From assembly GCF_001644705.1 (NCBI RefSeq), contig NZ_CP015137.1, positions 3,570,001 through 3,602,000 on the forward strand: DNA of 32,000 nucleotides. Direction: 5' to 3'. A model generated the notes under the pieces. It did no database searches. It worked only from the letters and a program-made list of their open reading frames with translations, and was not told the origin of the DNA. The position numbers were made by a program, and so were the translations under genes. Numbering within the stretch: position 1 is the first letter of the stretch; each line of letters starts with the position of its first letter. This stretch comes from Dickeya solani IPO 2222 (GTDB lineage: Bacteria > Pseudomonadota > Gammaproteobacteria > Enterobacterales > Enterobacteriaceae). This document shows, piece after piece, positions 18,271 to 26,384 of this stretch.

Positions 18271-18666
18271 GTCCCCTCCTTGTCATCGTAATGCTAAGCA
18301 CGTAACCGAAAGGACTGCATGGACGTGAGTTCATGGACGTGATCTTGCGCCACACCGGATCAACGGAGGGTGTGTAGATACAAATAAATGAAATAATAAA
18401 ATACCGAAATTAATTTTTAATTGCATTCATCCGGGCGACGAAACATAAGATGGGGTTTTCGATAAACCGATTGTTTTTTATAGGATTAATGTGGTCTGGC
18501 TCTGTCAGCTGTGGAAATAACAGACGATTCCGAAGGCTTTGTCTGAGAGACGAAATCATCAAGGCGAGCCGTTATGACAGCAAGCTACTGCACAGCAGCA
18601 AGCCGGATGAACCTTCCTCGCTGCTGTGTGGTAGATACGACCCGCATCGACGGGATGAATGGTGGT

Positions 18667-19488
18667 TCAGGCCAGCACCCGGCTGCGAATCACCTCGGCG
18701 ATGCTGGGTTGCTCGTTATGACCAATCACCAAATCGGCGTGCGCTTTCACGTCGTCGACGCTGTTGCCCATTGCCACGCCCAGCCCGGCGGCCGACAGCA
18801 TACTGATGTCATTGAAATTGTCGCCGAACGCCACCACCTCGCTCATGCTGCATCCTTGCGATTCCACCCAACGTTGCAGCAAACGGCCTTTGCTGTTGCC
18901 GGCCTGGGCGATATCCACCTGATCCATCCACGACCATTCGCAGGCCAGCCCCAGTTCCTGTTCAACCCGTTGGGCGAAGTCGTTCAGGGCGGCGGTATCG
19001 GTGTGGTGGGTGGCGAATTTCCAGATCGAACGAGTGTGGTCGGTGGCGGCCAGCAGGTCGTCCACCTGGCGAAACGCCGGGCGCTGCGATTCGGGCAGAT
19101 TTTCCGCCCAGGCTTGGGTACGAGTAATGTGGCCGGTAATGTGCTGGTAAAACATGGCGTCATCCGCGTACATCAGGCCGTGGATGGCAAACTGCCGCAA
19201 CCGTTGCAGCACGCTTTTGGCTTGCGCCGGAGTAAGCGGGTTGGCTTCGGCGGTTTGCCCGGTCTGGTAGTCGTACAGGTAGGTGCCGTTGCAGCAGATC
19301 GCCGGGGTATCCAGCGCCAGCGCCTGATAAAACGGATGGATCGCCGAATGATGGCGACCGGTCACGATGATGACCTTGATGCCCGCCTGTCTGGCCTGAG
19401 CCAGCGCTTGCAACGATTCCGGCAGAATGGTTTTCTTTTGCGTTAACAGCGTGCCGTCCAGATCAAGGGCAATGATGCGATAGGTCAT
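18667..19488 (-). CDS. ybhA: Cof-type HAD-IIB sugar/pyridoxal-phosphate phosphatase.
   Basis: The 273-aa protein contains IALDLDGTLL...IIVTGRHHSAIHPFYQALALDTPAICCNGTYLYDY...VAFGDNFNDISML, nearly collinear with E. coli YbhA. It lies next to pgl, as in E. coli. Confidence 0.92.
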   Translation of the reverse strand: MTYRIIALDLDGTLLTQKKTILPESLQALAQARQAGIKVIIVTGRHHSAIHPFYQALALDTPAICCNGTYLYDYQTGQTAEANPLTPAQAKSVLQRLRQFAIHGLMYADDAMFYQHITGHITRTQAWAENLPESQRPAFRQVDDLLAATDHTRSIWKFATHHTDTAALNDFAQRVEQELGLACEWSWMDQVDIAQAGNSKGRLLQRWVESQGCSMSEVVAFGDNFNDISMLSAAGLGVAMGNSVDDVKAHADLVIGHNEQPSIAEVIRSRVLA

Positions 19489-19684
19489 GGTATTCTCATC
19501 GGGTTATCGGGTTCACTTCTTCCCGATGGTACACTGTCAGCCGCCCGGATCAACAGGCCCTTTTTCCGTGCTGGCTCTCATGCAAGGGTCGCCAATGTGA
19601 GAGTCATCATCGATAAACGAGAGCATAGCCTGAGCGTAACGAGGCGCGCGCCAGCCGCCTCACGGTGCCAACAAGGAGAATCGA

Positions 19685-20680
19685 ATGCAGCAAGTGGTTT
19701 ATATCGCCAGCCCGGAAAGCCAGCAGATCCATGCCTGGCAACTCTCTTCCAGCGGGGAGCTGAGTTTGTTACAGGTGGTTGAGGTGCCGGGGCAGGTGCA
19801 GCCGATGGTCATCGCGCCGGATCGGCGCCACCTGTATGTCGGTGTGCGCCCTGAGTTTCGCGTGATCAGCTATCGTATTGACGTACAGGGAAAACTGAGC
19901 GAAGCCGGCGTAGCACCGCTGCCGGGCAGCCCGACGCACCTGTCTACCGATCAGACCGGGCGTTTCCTGTTCAGCGCGTCTTACAGCAACGCCTGCGTCA
20001 GCGTCAGCCCGATTGGCGACAACGGCGTAGTGCAGGCGCCTGTTCAGCAACTGGACGGGCTGGAAGGCTGCCACTCCACCAATATCGACCCGGCTAACCG
20101 CGTACTGTGGGCGCCATGCCTGAAAGAAGACCGCATCCGGCTGTACGATGTCGGCAGCGATGGCCGTCTGGCCGAGCATCAGCCTGCCGAGCAGCGTGCG
20201 GCTGCCGGCGCCGGTCCGCGCCACATGGCGTATCATCCGAATCACCGTTTCGCTTACTGCATCAACGAGCTGAACAGTTCGGTGGATGTGTTCGAGCTGG
20301 ACGCGCAGGGCGAGGGTCGCCGAATTCAGACGCTGAACGCCATGCCGGGCGATTTCACCGGTACCTGCTGGGCGGCGGATATCCATATCACGCCGGACGG
20401 TCGCCACCTGTACACCACCGATCGTACCGCCAGCCTGCTGAGTGTTTTCCAGGTCTCGGCACAGGACGGCACGCTGACGCTGACCGGTCACCAGCCGACG
20501 GAAACCCAGCCGCGCGGCTTCAATATTGACCACTGTGGCCAGTTCCTGATCGCTGCCGGTCAGAAATCCCATCACATCGAGGTCTATCGTATCCAGCCGG
20601 ATAACGGCAGCCTGACGCCGCTGGCTCGCTATCCGGTCGGTCAGGGACCGATGTGGGTGTCGGTGCTGGCGCTGGATTGA
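19685..20680 (+). CDS. pgl: 6-phosphogluconolactonase (7-bladed beta-propeller, YbhE type).
   Basis: The 331-aa protein contains [20 protein letters not shown]...VPGQVQPMV...[10 protein letters not shown]...GAGPRHM...NELNSSVDV...[15 protein letters not shown]...DRTASL...[10 protein letters not shown]...AAGQKSHHI...GQGPMWV, collinear with E. coli Pgl. Confidence 0.95.
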   Translation: MQQVVYIASPESQQIHAWQLSSSGELSLLQVVEVPGQVQPMVIAPDRRHLYVGVRPEFRVISYRIDVQGKLSEAGVAPLPGSPTHLSTDQTGRFLFSASYSNACVSVSPIGDNGVVQAPVQQLDGLEGCHSTNIDPANRVLWAPCLKEDRIRLYDVGSDGRLAEHQPAEQRAAAGAGPRHMAYHPNHRFAYCINELNSSVDVFELDAQGEGRRIQTLNAMPGDFTGTCWAADIHITPDGRHLYTTDRTASLLSVFQVSAQDGTLTLTGHQPTETQPRGFNIDHCGQFLIAAGQKSHHIEVYRIQPDNGSLTPLARYPVGQGPMWVSVLALD

Positions 20681-20711
20681 TAACGAATACCGGCGGATAG
20701 CAGAGAAGTAA

Positions 20712-20733
20712 CGCGCTGCGGTAACGCAGCGCG
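20712..20733. terminator. Perfect 9-bp stem-loop between the convergent pgl and LVIVD-protein genes. It is a candidate bidirectional terminator but has no U-tract.
   Basis: The sequence is cgcgctgcg-gtaa-cgcagcgcg, with a GNRA-like tetraloop. It lies 32 nt after the pgl stop and 15 nt after the stop of the minus-strand gene. Confidence 0.45.
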
Positions 20734-20747
20734 AGTCCTCCCGGCGG

Positions 20748-21998
20748 TTAGCCGCGGTATTCGATAATCGATAATCCGCCGTTGTAGTCGGTGCTGTAGA
20801 TAATGCCTTGCGCATCCACAAACACGTCGCAGGACTGGATCACCTGAGGGCGGCCGGGACGTTTGTCTATCATGCGCTCGGGCGCGGCAGGCACCAGCGC
20901 GCCGGTTTCTTTCGGCCGATACGGGTTGCTGATATCGTAGGCACGCACGCCGGCATTCTGGTAGGTGGCGAAAATCAGCGTTGAGCTGATGAAGCTACCC
21001 GGTCGATTTTCATGTAAATTATGCGGGCCGAAGTGCGCGCCTTTCTTCACATAATCGATTTCGTTGGGCTGAGGGAAGGTGGCGATGCTCACCGGGTTGG
21101 ACGGCTCGCGGATATCAAACACCCAAATCAGTTTTTCGCCGTCTTCCTGATTATCCAGCACCGCTTCATCCAGCACGATCAGCAGGTCGCGGTCCGGCAG
21201 CGGCAGCGCGGTATGGGTGCCGCCGCCGAACGGCGGGCTCCAGTTGCGATGGCTGATGAGCCGAGGCTGGGTGCGGTCGCTCACGTCCAGCAGCGTCAGG
21301 CCGCCGTCGCGCCAACTACCGTAGGCGGTGTTGCCGCTGACGATGGCGTGATGCAGCGCATAGCGTTTGCCTTCCTGCCAGTCCGGCGTTTCGCCGCCGG
21401 CGGTGTGCATGCCCGGCAGCCAGTAGCGCCCAGCGACTTGCGGTTTACGCGGGTCGGCCAGATCGATGGTCAGGAAGATGTAGTCGCTGTAGCCATCCAG
21501 CAGCGCGGAGACGTACGCCCAGCGGCCGCCCACGTACCAGATGCGGTGGATGCCGATGCCGTCCAGCGGCAAAAAGCTGATTTCCCGCGGCTGGTCCGGG
21601 GTGGAAATATCAAAGATCCGTAGCCCGGCGCTCCAGTGTTTATCCTGCTGGCCGGTGTTGACCGTTTCTGCCACCGAGCGGGTGTAGTAGACCTTTTCTT
21701 CAGCGAAGCGGGCGTCGGCGAACAGATCGCGGGCGTTGACCACCAGCAGCAGGTCATCGTGGGTTTGCAGATGGATATTCCAGGTGCCCGGCGGCGCGGC
21801 GATGAAACCAGCCGGTCTGGGTTTTTTCGGGTCTCGCACGTCAACGATGGAAACGCCCTGAGACACCATGTGTCCGATATAGGCGTAACCACGGTGGACC
21901 ATGACCTGTACGCCATCAGGACGCCCGCCCTGATCGCTGTGTCCAATCAGCCGCATGTTGCGGCTGTATTCCGGCATGGGCAGGGGCGTTGATGCCAT
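20748..21998 (-). CDS. LVIVD-repeat beta-propeller protein of unknown function, predicted cytoplasmic because no signal peptide is visible.
   Basis: The 416-aa ORF has a GGAGG RBS 5-6 nt before the ATG at 21998. Six full copies of the motif h-x-h-h-D-h-x-[DNE]-[PR]-x-x-P recur roughly every 55-80 aa: VSIVDVRDPKKP, LRIFDISTPDQP, LTIDLADPRKP, LTLLDVSDRTQP, IWVFDIREPSNP and VRAYDISNPYRP. A terminal GGLSIIEYRG follows. This is the LVIVD repeat signature. The N-terminus MASTPLPMPEYSRNMRLIGHSDQGG has no hydrophobic signal region. Confidence 0.8.
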   Translation of the reverse strand: MASTPLPMPEYSRNMRLIGHSDQGGRPDGVQVMVHRGYAYIGHMVSQGVSIVDVRDPKKPRPAGFIAAPPGTWNIHLQTHDDLLLVVNARDLFADARFAEEKVYYTRSVAETVNTGQQDKHWSAGLRIFDISTPDQPREISFLPLDGIGIHRIWYVGGRWAYVSALLDGYSDYIFLTIDLADPRKPQVAGRYWLPGMHTAGGETPDWQEGKRYALHHAIVSGNTAYGSWRDGGLTLLDVSDRTQPRLISHRNWSPPFGGGTHTALPLPDRDLLIVLDEAVLDNQEDGEKLIWVFDIREPSNPVSIATFPQPNEIDYVKKGAHFGPHNLHENRPGSFISSTLIFATYQNAGVRAYDISNPYRPKETGALVPAAPERMIDKRPGRPQVIQSCDVFVDAQGIIYSTDYNGGLSIIEYRG

Positions 21999-22022
21999 AT
22001 AAGCCTCCGTTATGACAGACTT

Positions 22023-23099
22023 TTATTTGCTTTTGGCTTCCAGTGTAGCAAACCACGGCGCGATAAAGTCATTGGTCTGGCCCCAGCCAGGGATGATTTT
22101 TGCCAGTCCCGCCACGTTGACCGGGCCCGGTTGGCTCAGCAACAGCGCCTGCGGAATGCTGGCGGCACGGAATTCGTAGGTTGCCGGCGTCGGCTCGCCG
22201 GCGATCTTGTTGGCAACCAGACGCAGGTTGACCTTGCCAATCAGTTTCGGGTCCACCGCCACGCTGACTTTCCACGGGCTACTGGCTTCGCGCATCAGTT
22301 GCAGGTCCTGATTGGAGATATCGATGCTGTAGAGTTTGATTTCGGTGCGGCCGTTTTCTTTCAGCGCCTTGTACGCGCCCTGGCTGAAGGCGTCCCAGGC
22401 ACCCCAGATGGCGTCAATCTTGCCTTTCGGGTATTTCGCCAGAATCGCGCCCACTTTATTGGCGGTATCGCCCTGCACGTCGGAAGACACCGCGCCGATA
22501 GATTCCAGCTCTTTAATGCCCGGATTGTCTTTCAGGATCTGCTGGTAAGCCGCCTGACGACGCTCCATCGGCGGGAAACCGGCTACCCATAGTTTGATGA
22601 TGTTGGCTTTGCCGTTGAAATCCTTCACCAACTGGCCCAGCGATTCGTTGGTCAGCGAGGCATCGTCCTGCTGGGTGACGGTGACGCCCGGAATGGTGCG
22701 ATCCACCGCGGTGTCAAACACCGCCACTTTGATGCCGCTGTCGACAATGCGCTGAATCAGCCCGGTGGAATAAGGCGCGCGGCCCTGTGACAGGATGATG
22801 CCGTCGTATTTCTGGCTGATGGCCTGATTGACGAAGTCCTGAAATTTGGCGTCGTCGCCGTTGCTCAGAAAGGTGCTTACCTTGAATCCCAGTTTTTTGC
22901 CTTCTTCCAGCACGCCGGAAACGAACTGGGTGGTGTTATCGTCCGAACCGAGATTGCGGATCACGGCGATGCGCACCGGTCCCTGATGGTTGGCGATGAC
23001 GGCCGGAACCGGCGCGGCGGTGGCCGGCGTCTCCGCAGCCAGCGTGGAGAACGAGGCCGTCAGGCTCAGGGCCAGCAGTGCGACAGGGAATTTCTTCAT
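22023..23099 (-). CDS. Periplasmic sugar-binding protein (type I PBP, ribose/galactose-binding-like). No cognate permease or ATPase gene is in the window.
   Basis: The track start at 23105 is a TTG. I prefer the ATG at 23099 (MKKFPVALLALSLTASFSTLAAE, a signal peptide), which has a GAGGA RBS 6 nt upstream; this gives 358 aa. The alternating beta-alpha pattern typical of Peripla_BP family proteins is present (IAVIRNLGSDDNTTQF...KLGFKV...YDGIILSQG...GIKVAVFDT...). The LVIVD gene starts 24 nt downstream, so the pair is a likely operon. Confidence 0.8.
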   Translation of the reverse strand: MKKFPVALLALSLTASFSTLAAETPATAAPVPAVIANHQGPVRIAVIRNLGSDDNTTQFVSGVLEEGKKLGFKVSTFLSNGDDAKFQDFVNQAISQKYDGIILSQGRAPYSTGLIQRIVDSGIKVAVFDTAVDRTIPGVTVTQQDDASLTNESLGQLVKDFNGKANIIKLWVAGFPPMERRQAAYQQILKDNPGIKELESIGAVSSDVQGDTANKVGAILAKYPKGKIDAIWGAWDAFSQGAYKALKENGRTEIKLYSIDISNQDLQLMREASSPWKVSVAVDPKLIGKVNLRLVANKIAGEPTPATYEFRAASIPQALLLSQPGPVNVAGLAKIIPGWGQTNDFIAPWFATLEAKSK

Positions 23100-23300
23100 G
23101 ATCAATCCTCGGTGTTGTGAAATCAGGTTTGCCAGCTTTATGGATATCTTTATGTCTGGATGTCTATTTTAGTGATGAGGAATCATAACGGGTAACATTG
23201 CGGCGTGCAAAGGGGGCGGGTTATGTCTTTTGGGTTTAGCTTATAACTTTTCGTTCAATGAGATACGGCGGGCAAACTGACGGGAAGCTGGGGAGACGCT

Positions 23301-23337
23301 GGGGAAAAGAAACGCGTCCGACCAGCCGGCCGGACGC
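23301..23337 (-). terminator. Rho-independent-like terminator of the small secreted-protein gene.
   Basis: The minus strand reads gcgtccg-gccggctggt-cggacgc followed by gtttcttttcccc. It begins 13 nt after the stop codon at 23350. Confidence 0.6.
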
Positions 23338-23349
23338 ATCTGGTTGGGC

Positions 23350-23781
23350 TTATTGCTTGAAGAAGCGGATATCCTGGTCCAGTTTGCACAGGTAGCTCAG
23401 CGTGTTGCCACGCTGTTGCAGGCTGGGCAGGTTAAACATAAAGGTGGTGAATCGCACCGTGTTGTCCGGCAGAACCTGATACCGCATGAACTGCTGAATC
23501 GGCGTGTTGTCGTTGGCGACGGTGAAGTGCTCGTCGCTGAACGACAGCGTACCGGTGTCAATCAGACGATACGCGTTGATGTGCAGGCCGCCGCGGGTTT
23601 TGCTGGCCGGGGTACCTTCCTGCGGCGTACAGGCGGACAAATCGATGGTGACATTGACACTTTGGCCCTTATTCAGTGCGGTGATTACTTCATCGGCGCT
23701 TTTCAGTGATTTGGACGCCATAGCCGGCGCTGCGGTGGTTAGCAGGGCCGCGCTCAGCAGCAAAGGGATAATACGGGACAT
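23350..23781 (-). CDS. Small secreted protein of unknown function, possibly VirK-family-like (143 aa).
   Basis: The track ORF starts at 23877. I prefer the ATG at 23781, which has a GGAGG RBS 8 nt upstream and gives MSRIIPLLLSAALLTTAAPAMA (a signal peptide). The mature part is ...ADEVITALNKGQSVNVTIDLSACTP...GGLHINAYRLIDTGTLSFSDEHFTV...IQQFMRYQVLPDNTVRF.... Size, signal peptide and motif order resemble my recollection of the roughly 145-aa VirK family, but I cannot verify this without a search. Confidence 0.6.
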   Translation of the reverse strand: MSRIIPLLLSAALLTTAAPAMASKSLKSADEVITALNKGQSVNVTIDLSACTPQEGTPASKTRGGLHINAYRLIDTGTLSFSDEHFTVANDNTPIQQFMRYQVLPDNTVRFTTFMFNLPSLQQRGNTLSYLCKLDQDIRFFKQ

Positions 23782-23817
23782 TCGATATTCCTCCATGATC
23801 GATGATGGGCTTGGCGT

Positions 23818-23906
23818 CGTGACTATCACGTAAGGCACGAAGCACGCACGGTGCGAAGGTGCAGGCCAACGACGCACGTAGCTAAGTGCGTGGCGTGATA
23901 GTCACG
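23818..23906. promoter_or_regulatory. A pair of inverted 13-bp near-palindromic boxes upstream of the small secreted-protein gene; a candidate operator pair.
   Basis: CGTGACTATCACG (23818-23830) and its exact reverse complement CGTGATAGTCACG (23894-23906) are separated by 63 bp. Each has the form CGTGA-N3-TCACG. A third, degenerate copy lies in the minus-strand tcgtgataaacag (about 23915-23927). The interval between the boxes contains several short GCAC/GTGC hairpins. Confidence 0.35.
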
Positions 23907-24025
23907 ATCAGGAACTGTTTATCACGACTGTGGCGAAAGCGCTATGCGGTTTATCCGATTAACGGCATGGTCAGAGGTGTGAGCAGCGTGAGATTGGCGG
24001 CAGGGCGGTGTGGCGGCGAAGAGGG

Positions 24026-24052
24026 CGTCAGGCCGAATGAACCGGCCTGACG
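24026..24052 (-). terminator. Perfect 10-bp stem-loop downstream of metG, with no U-tract.
   Basis: The sequence is cgtcaggccg-aatgaac-cggcctgacg, 10 nt after the metG stop at 24062. Confidence 0.45.
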
Positions 24053-24061
24053 CGCATGCAC

Positions 24062-26095
24062 TTACTTGATTTGCATCCCCGGCTGGGCGCCGCTGTCGGG
24101 GCTCAGCAGGAAAATGTCTTTCCCGCCGGGGCCGGCGGCCATCACCATACCTTCGGACACGCCAAAGCGCATTTTGCGCGGCGCCAGGTTGGCGACCATC
24201 ACCGTCAGACGACCTTCCAGCGCGGACGGATCCGGGTAGGCGGCGCGGATGCCGGAGAACACCTGGCGGGTCTGGCCGCCCAGATCCAGCGTCAGACGCA
24301 ACAGTTTGTCCGAGCCGTCCACCTGTTCGGCTTTCTGGATCAAGGCGACGCGCATGTCCACTTTGTCGAAATCGGCGAAGTCGATGGTGTCCTGAATCGG
24401 GTCGTCAGCCAATGGGCCGGATACCGGTTTGGCGGCTGCCGCGGCGGCTTCCTCTTTGGAGGCCTCAACCATGCCCTGTACCTGCGCGATGTCGATGCGG
24501 TTGAACAGCGCCTTGAACGTGCCAACCTGATGGCTTGTCAGCGGCTGCGCCAGGTTATCCCAGCGCAGTTCGGTTTGCAGAAAGGCTTCGGTGCGTTCAG
24601 TCAGCGACGGCAGTACCGGTTTCAGGTAGGTCATCAGCACGCGGAACAGGTTGATGCCCATCGAGCAAATCGCCTGCAGGTCGGCGTCGCGGCCTTCCTG
24701 TTTGGCGACGACCCACGGCGCCTGTTCGTCCACATAGCGGTTGGCGATATCCGCCAGCGCCATGATTTCGCGGATAGCCTTGCCGGACTCACGGCTGCTG
24801 TAGGCATCGGCGATAGTCTGCGCCGCATCGATAAACGTCTGATACAGCGCTGGATCCGCCAGTTGGCCCGCCAGTTGGCCGTCAAAACGCTTGTTGATGA
24901 AGCCGGCGTTGCGTGAAGCCAGGTTGACCACCTTGTTGACGATGTCGGCGTTCACGCGCTGCACGAAGTCTTCCAGATTGAGGTCAATGTCATCAATGCG
25001 CGACGAGAGCTTGGCGGCGTAGTAGTAACGCAGGCAGTCGGCGTCCAGATGTTTCAGATAGGTGTCGGCCTTGATGAAGGTGCCGCGCGATTTGGACATC
25101 TTGGCGCCGTTAACGGTCACATAGCCGTGCACGAACAGGTTGGTCGGCTTGCGGAAACCGCTGCCTTCCAGCATCGCCGGCCAGAACAGGCTATGGAAGT
25201 AGACGATATCCTTGCCGATGAAGTGGTACAGTTCGGTGCTGGAGTCTTTACGCCAGAATTCATCGAAATTGATGTCGCTGCGTTTGTCGCACAGATTTTT
25301 GAACGACCCCATGTAGCCGATCGGCGCATCCAGCCAGACGTAGAAATATTTGCCCGGCGCGTCCGGCACTTCGAAGCCGAAATAGGGCGCGTCACGGGTG
25401 ATATCCCACTGTTGCAGCCCGGCGTCGAACCACTCCTGCATCTTGTTGGCGACCTGCTCCTGCAACGCGCCGGAACGGGTCCAGCTTTGCAGCATGTCGC
25501 TGAACGCCGGCAGGTCGAAGAAGAAGTGCTCGGATTCGCGCATTACCGGGGTAGCGCCGGACACCGCGGATTTCGGCTCGATCAGTTCGGTCGGGCTGTA
25601 GGTGGCGCCGCATACTTCACAGTTGTCGCCATACTGGTCCGGCGCCTTGCATTTCGGGCAGGTGCCTTTCACAAAGCGATCCGGCAGGAACATGCTTTTT
25701 TCCGGGTCGAACAGCTGAGAAATGGTGCGGTTCTTGATAAAACCGTTTTCCTTCAGCCGACGGTAAATCAACCCGGACAACTCGCGGTTCTCCTCGCTGT
25801 GCGTGGAGTGGTAGTTGTCGTAGCTGATATTGAACCCGGCGAAATCCTGCTGGTGTTCCTGACTCACCGTCGCAATCATTTGCTCCGGCGCCACGCCCAT
25901 CTGCTGTGCTTTGAGCATGATCGGCGTGCCGTGGGCGTCGTCCGCGCAAATAAAGTGGACCTGATTGCCGCGCATTCGCTGGTAACGGACCCAGATATCC
26001 GCCTGAATGTGTTCGAGCATGTGGCCAAGGTGGATCGGACCGTTAGCATAAGGCAGCGCGCACGTTACCAAAATTTTGTTTGCGACTTGAGTCAT
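24062..26095 (-). CDS. metG: Methionyl-tRNA synthetase, long form with a C-terminal tRNA-binding (Trbp111-like) domain.
   Basis: The 677-aa protein starts [43 protein letters not shown], which contains the HIGH-type motif. The KMSKS motif ([11 protein letters not shown]) and the zinc-knuckle cysteines ([18 protein letters not shown]) are present. The C-terminal domain ends [28 protein letters not shown]. Confidence 0.97.
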   Translation of the reverse strand: MTQVANKILVTCALPYANGPIHLGHMLEHIQADIWVRYQRMRGNQVHFICADDAHGTPIMLKAQQMGVAPEQMIATVSQEHQQDFAGFNISYDNYHSTHSEENRELSGLIYRRLKENGFIKNRTISQLFDPEKSMFLPDRFVKGTCPKCKAPDQYGDNCEVCGATYSPTELIEPKSAVSGATPVMRESEHFFFDLPAFSDMLQSWTRSGALQEQVANKMQEWFDAGLQQWDITRDAPYFGFEVPDAPGKYFYVWLDAPIGYMGSFKNLCDKRSDINFDEFWRKDSSTELYHFIGKDIVYFHSLFWPAMLEGSGFRKPTNLFVHGYVTVNGAKMSKSRGTFIKADTYLKHLDADCLRYYYAAKLSSRIDDIDLNLEDFVQRVNADIVNKVVNLASRNAGFINKRFDGQLAGQLADPALYQTFIDAAQTIADAYSSRESGKAIREIMALADIANRYVDEQAPWVVAKQEGRDADLQAICSMGINLFRVLMTYLKPVLPSLTERTEAFLQTELRWDNLAQPLTSHQVGTFKALFNRIDIAQVQGMVEASKEEAAAAAAKPVSGPLADDPIQDTIDFADFDKVDMRVALIQKAEQVDGSDKLLRLTLDLGGQTRQVFSGIRAAYPDPSALEGRLTVMVANLAPRKMRFGVSEGMVMAAGPGGKDIFLLSPDSGAQPGMQIK

Positions 26096-26384
26096 AGTGG
26101 GGAACTTGCTTGTTGGTTGGTGAATGAATTAAGAAGGAGTCCTGATGTTACCCCATCGCGCCTTGATGCGTAAACCTTGGGGCGAGGCGGGCTCCAACAA
26201 AACCCGCTCTTCCGGCGTTAATCGCGGGAAGGCAAGGTTTGAGTGGCGTCGGGTGAGAGGCGGTTCCCCCATTCGGGGCGCCGTTTTTTCAGCGCCGGGA
26301 CATTGGCGATACACCCACGCGCGGGCGTTCTGCTATGCTAGGGCCGCTTTTATAACAACTTTAATTTCAACTCAAGGAGCCGGG

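Noticed and set aside
18450-19446. Plus-strand ORFs 18450..18806 and 18574..19446 in and beyond the sedolisin-ybhA intergenic region.
   Set aside because: Both run antisense into the conserved ybhA gene, and their sequences are Arg/Cys/His-rich and implausible. Other small ORFs in 18360-18660 (for example a 50-codon minus-strand ORF) lack an RBS.
19769-20821. A 350-aa ORF antisense to pgl.
   Set aside because: It lies fully opposite a gene with near end-to-end similarity to E. coli Pgl. The translated sequence is Arg/Ala/Gln-rich and low in complexity, as is typical of antisense frames in GC-rich coding DNA. It has no RBS and no recognisable motifs.
24056-26173. Two long plus-strand ORFs (24056..24916 and 25049..26173) opposite metG.
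   Set aside because: They are antisense shadows of the strongly conserved metG gene. Their composition is skewed (Arg/Gly/Ala/Val-rich) and they contain no motifs.
26145-26384. An 80-codon in-frame N-terminal extension of apbC, starting at an ATG with a strong AGGAG RBS only 50 nt from the divergent metG start.
   Set aside because: The extension (MLPHRALMRKPWGEAGSNKTRSSGVNRGKARFEWRRVRGG...) is Arg-rich, unlike real protein sequence, and has no counterpart in E. coli Mrp. The internal ATG at 26385 has its own AAGGAG RBS and aligns with residue 1 of the E. coli protein. The upstream SD-ATG pair is noted but treated as fortuitous.
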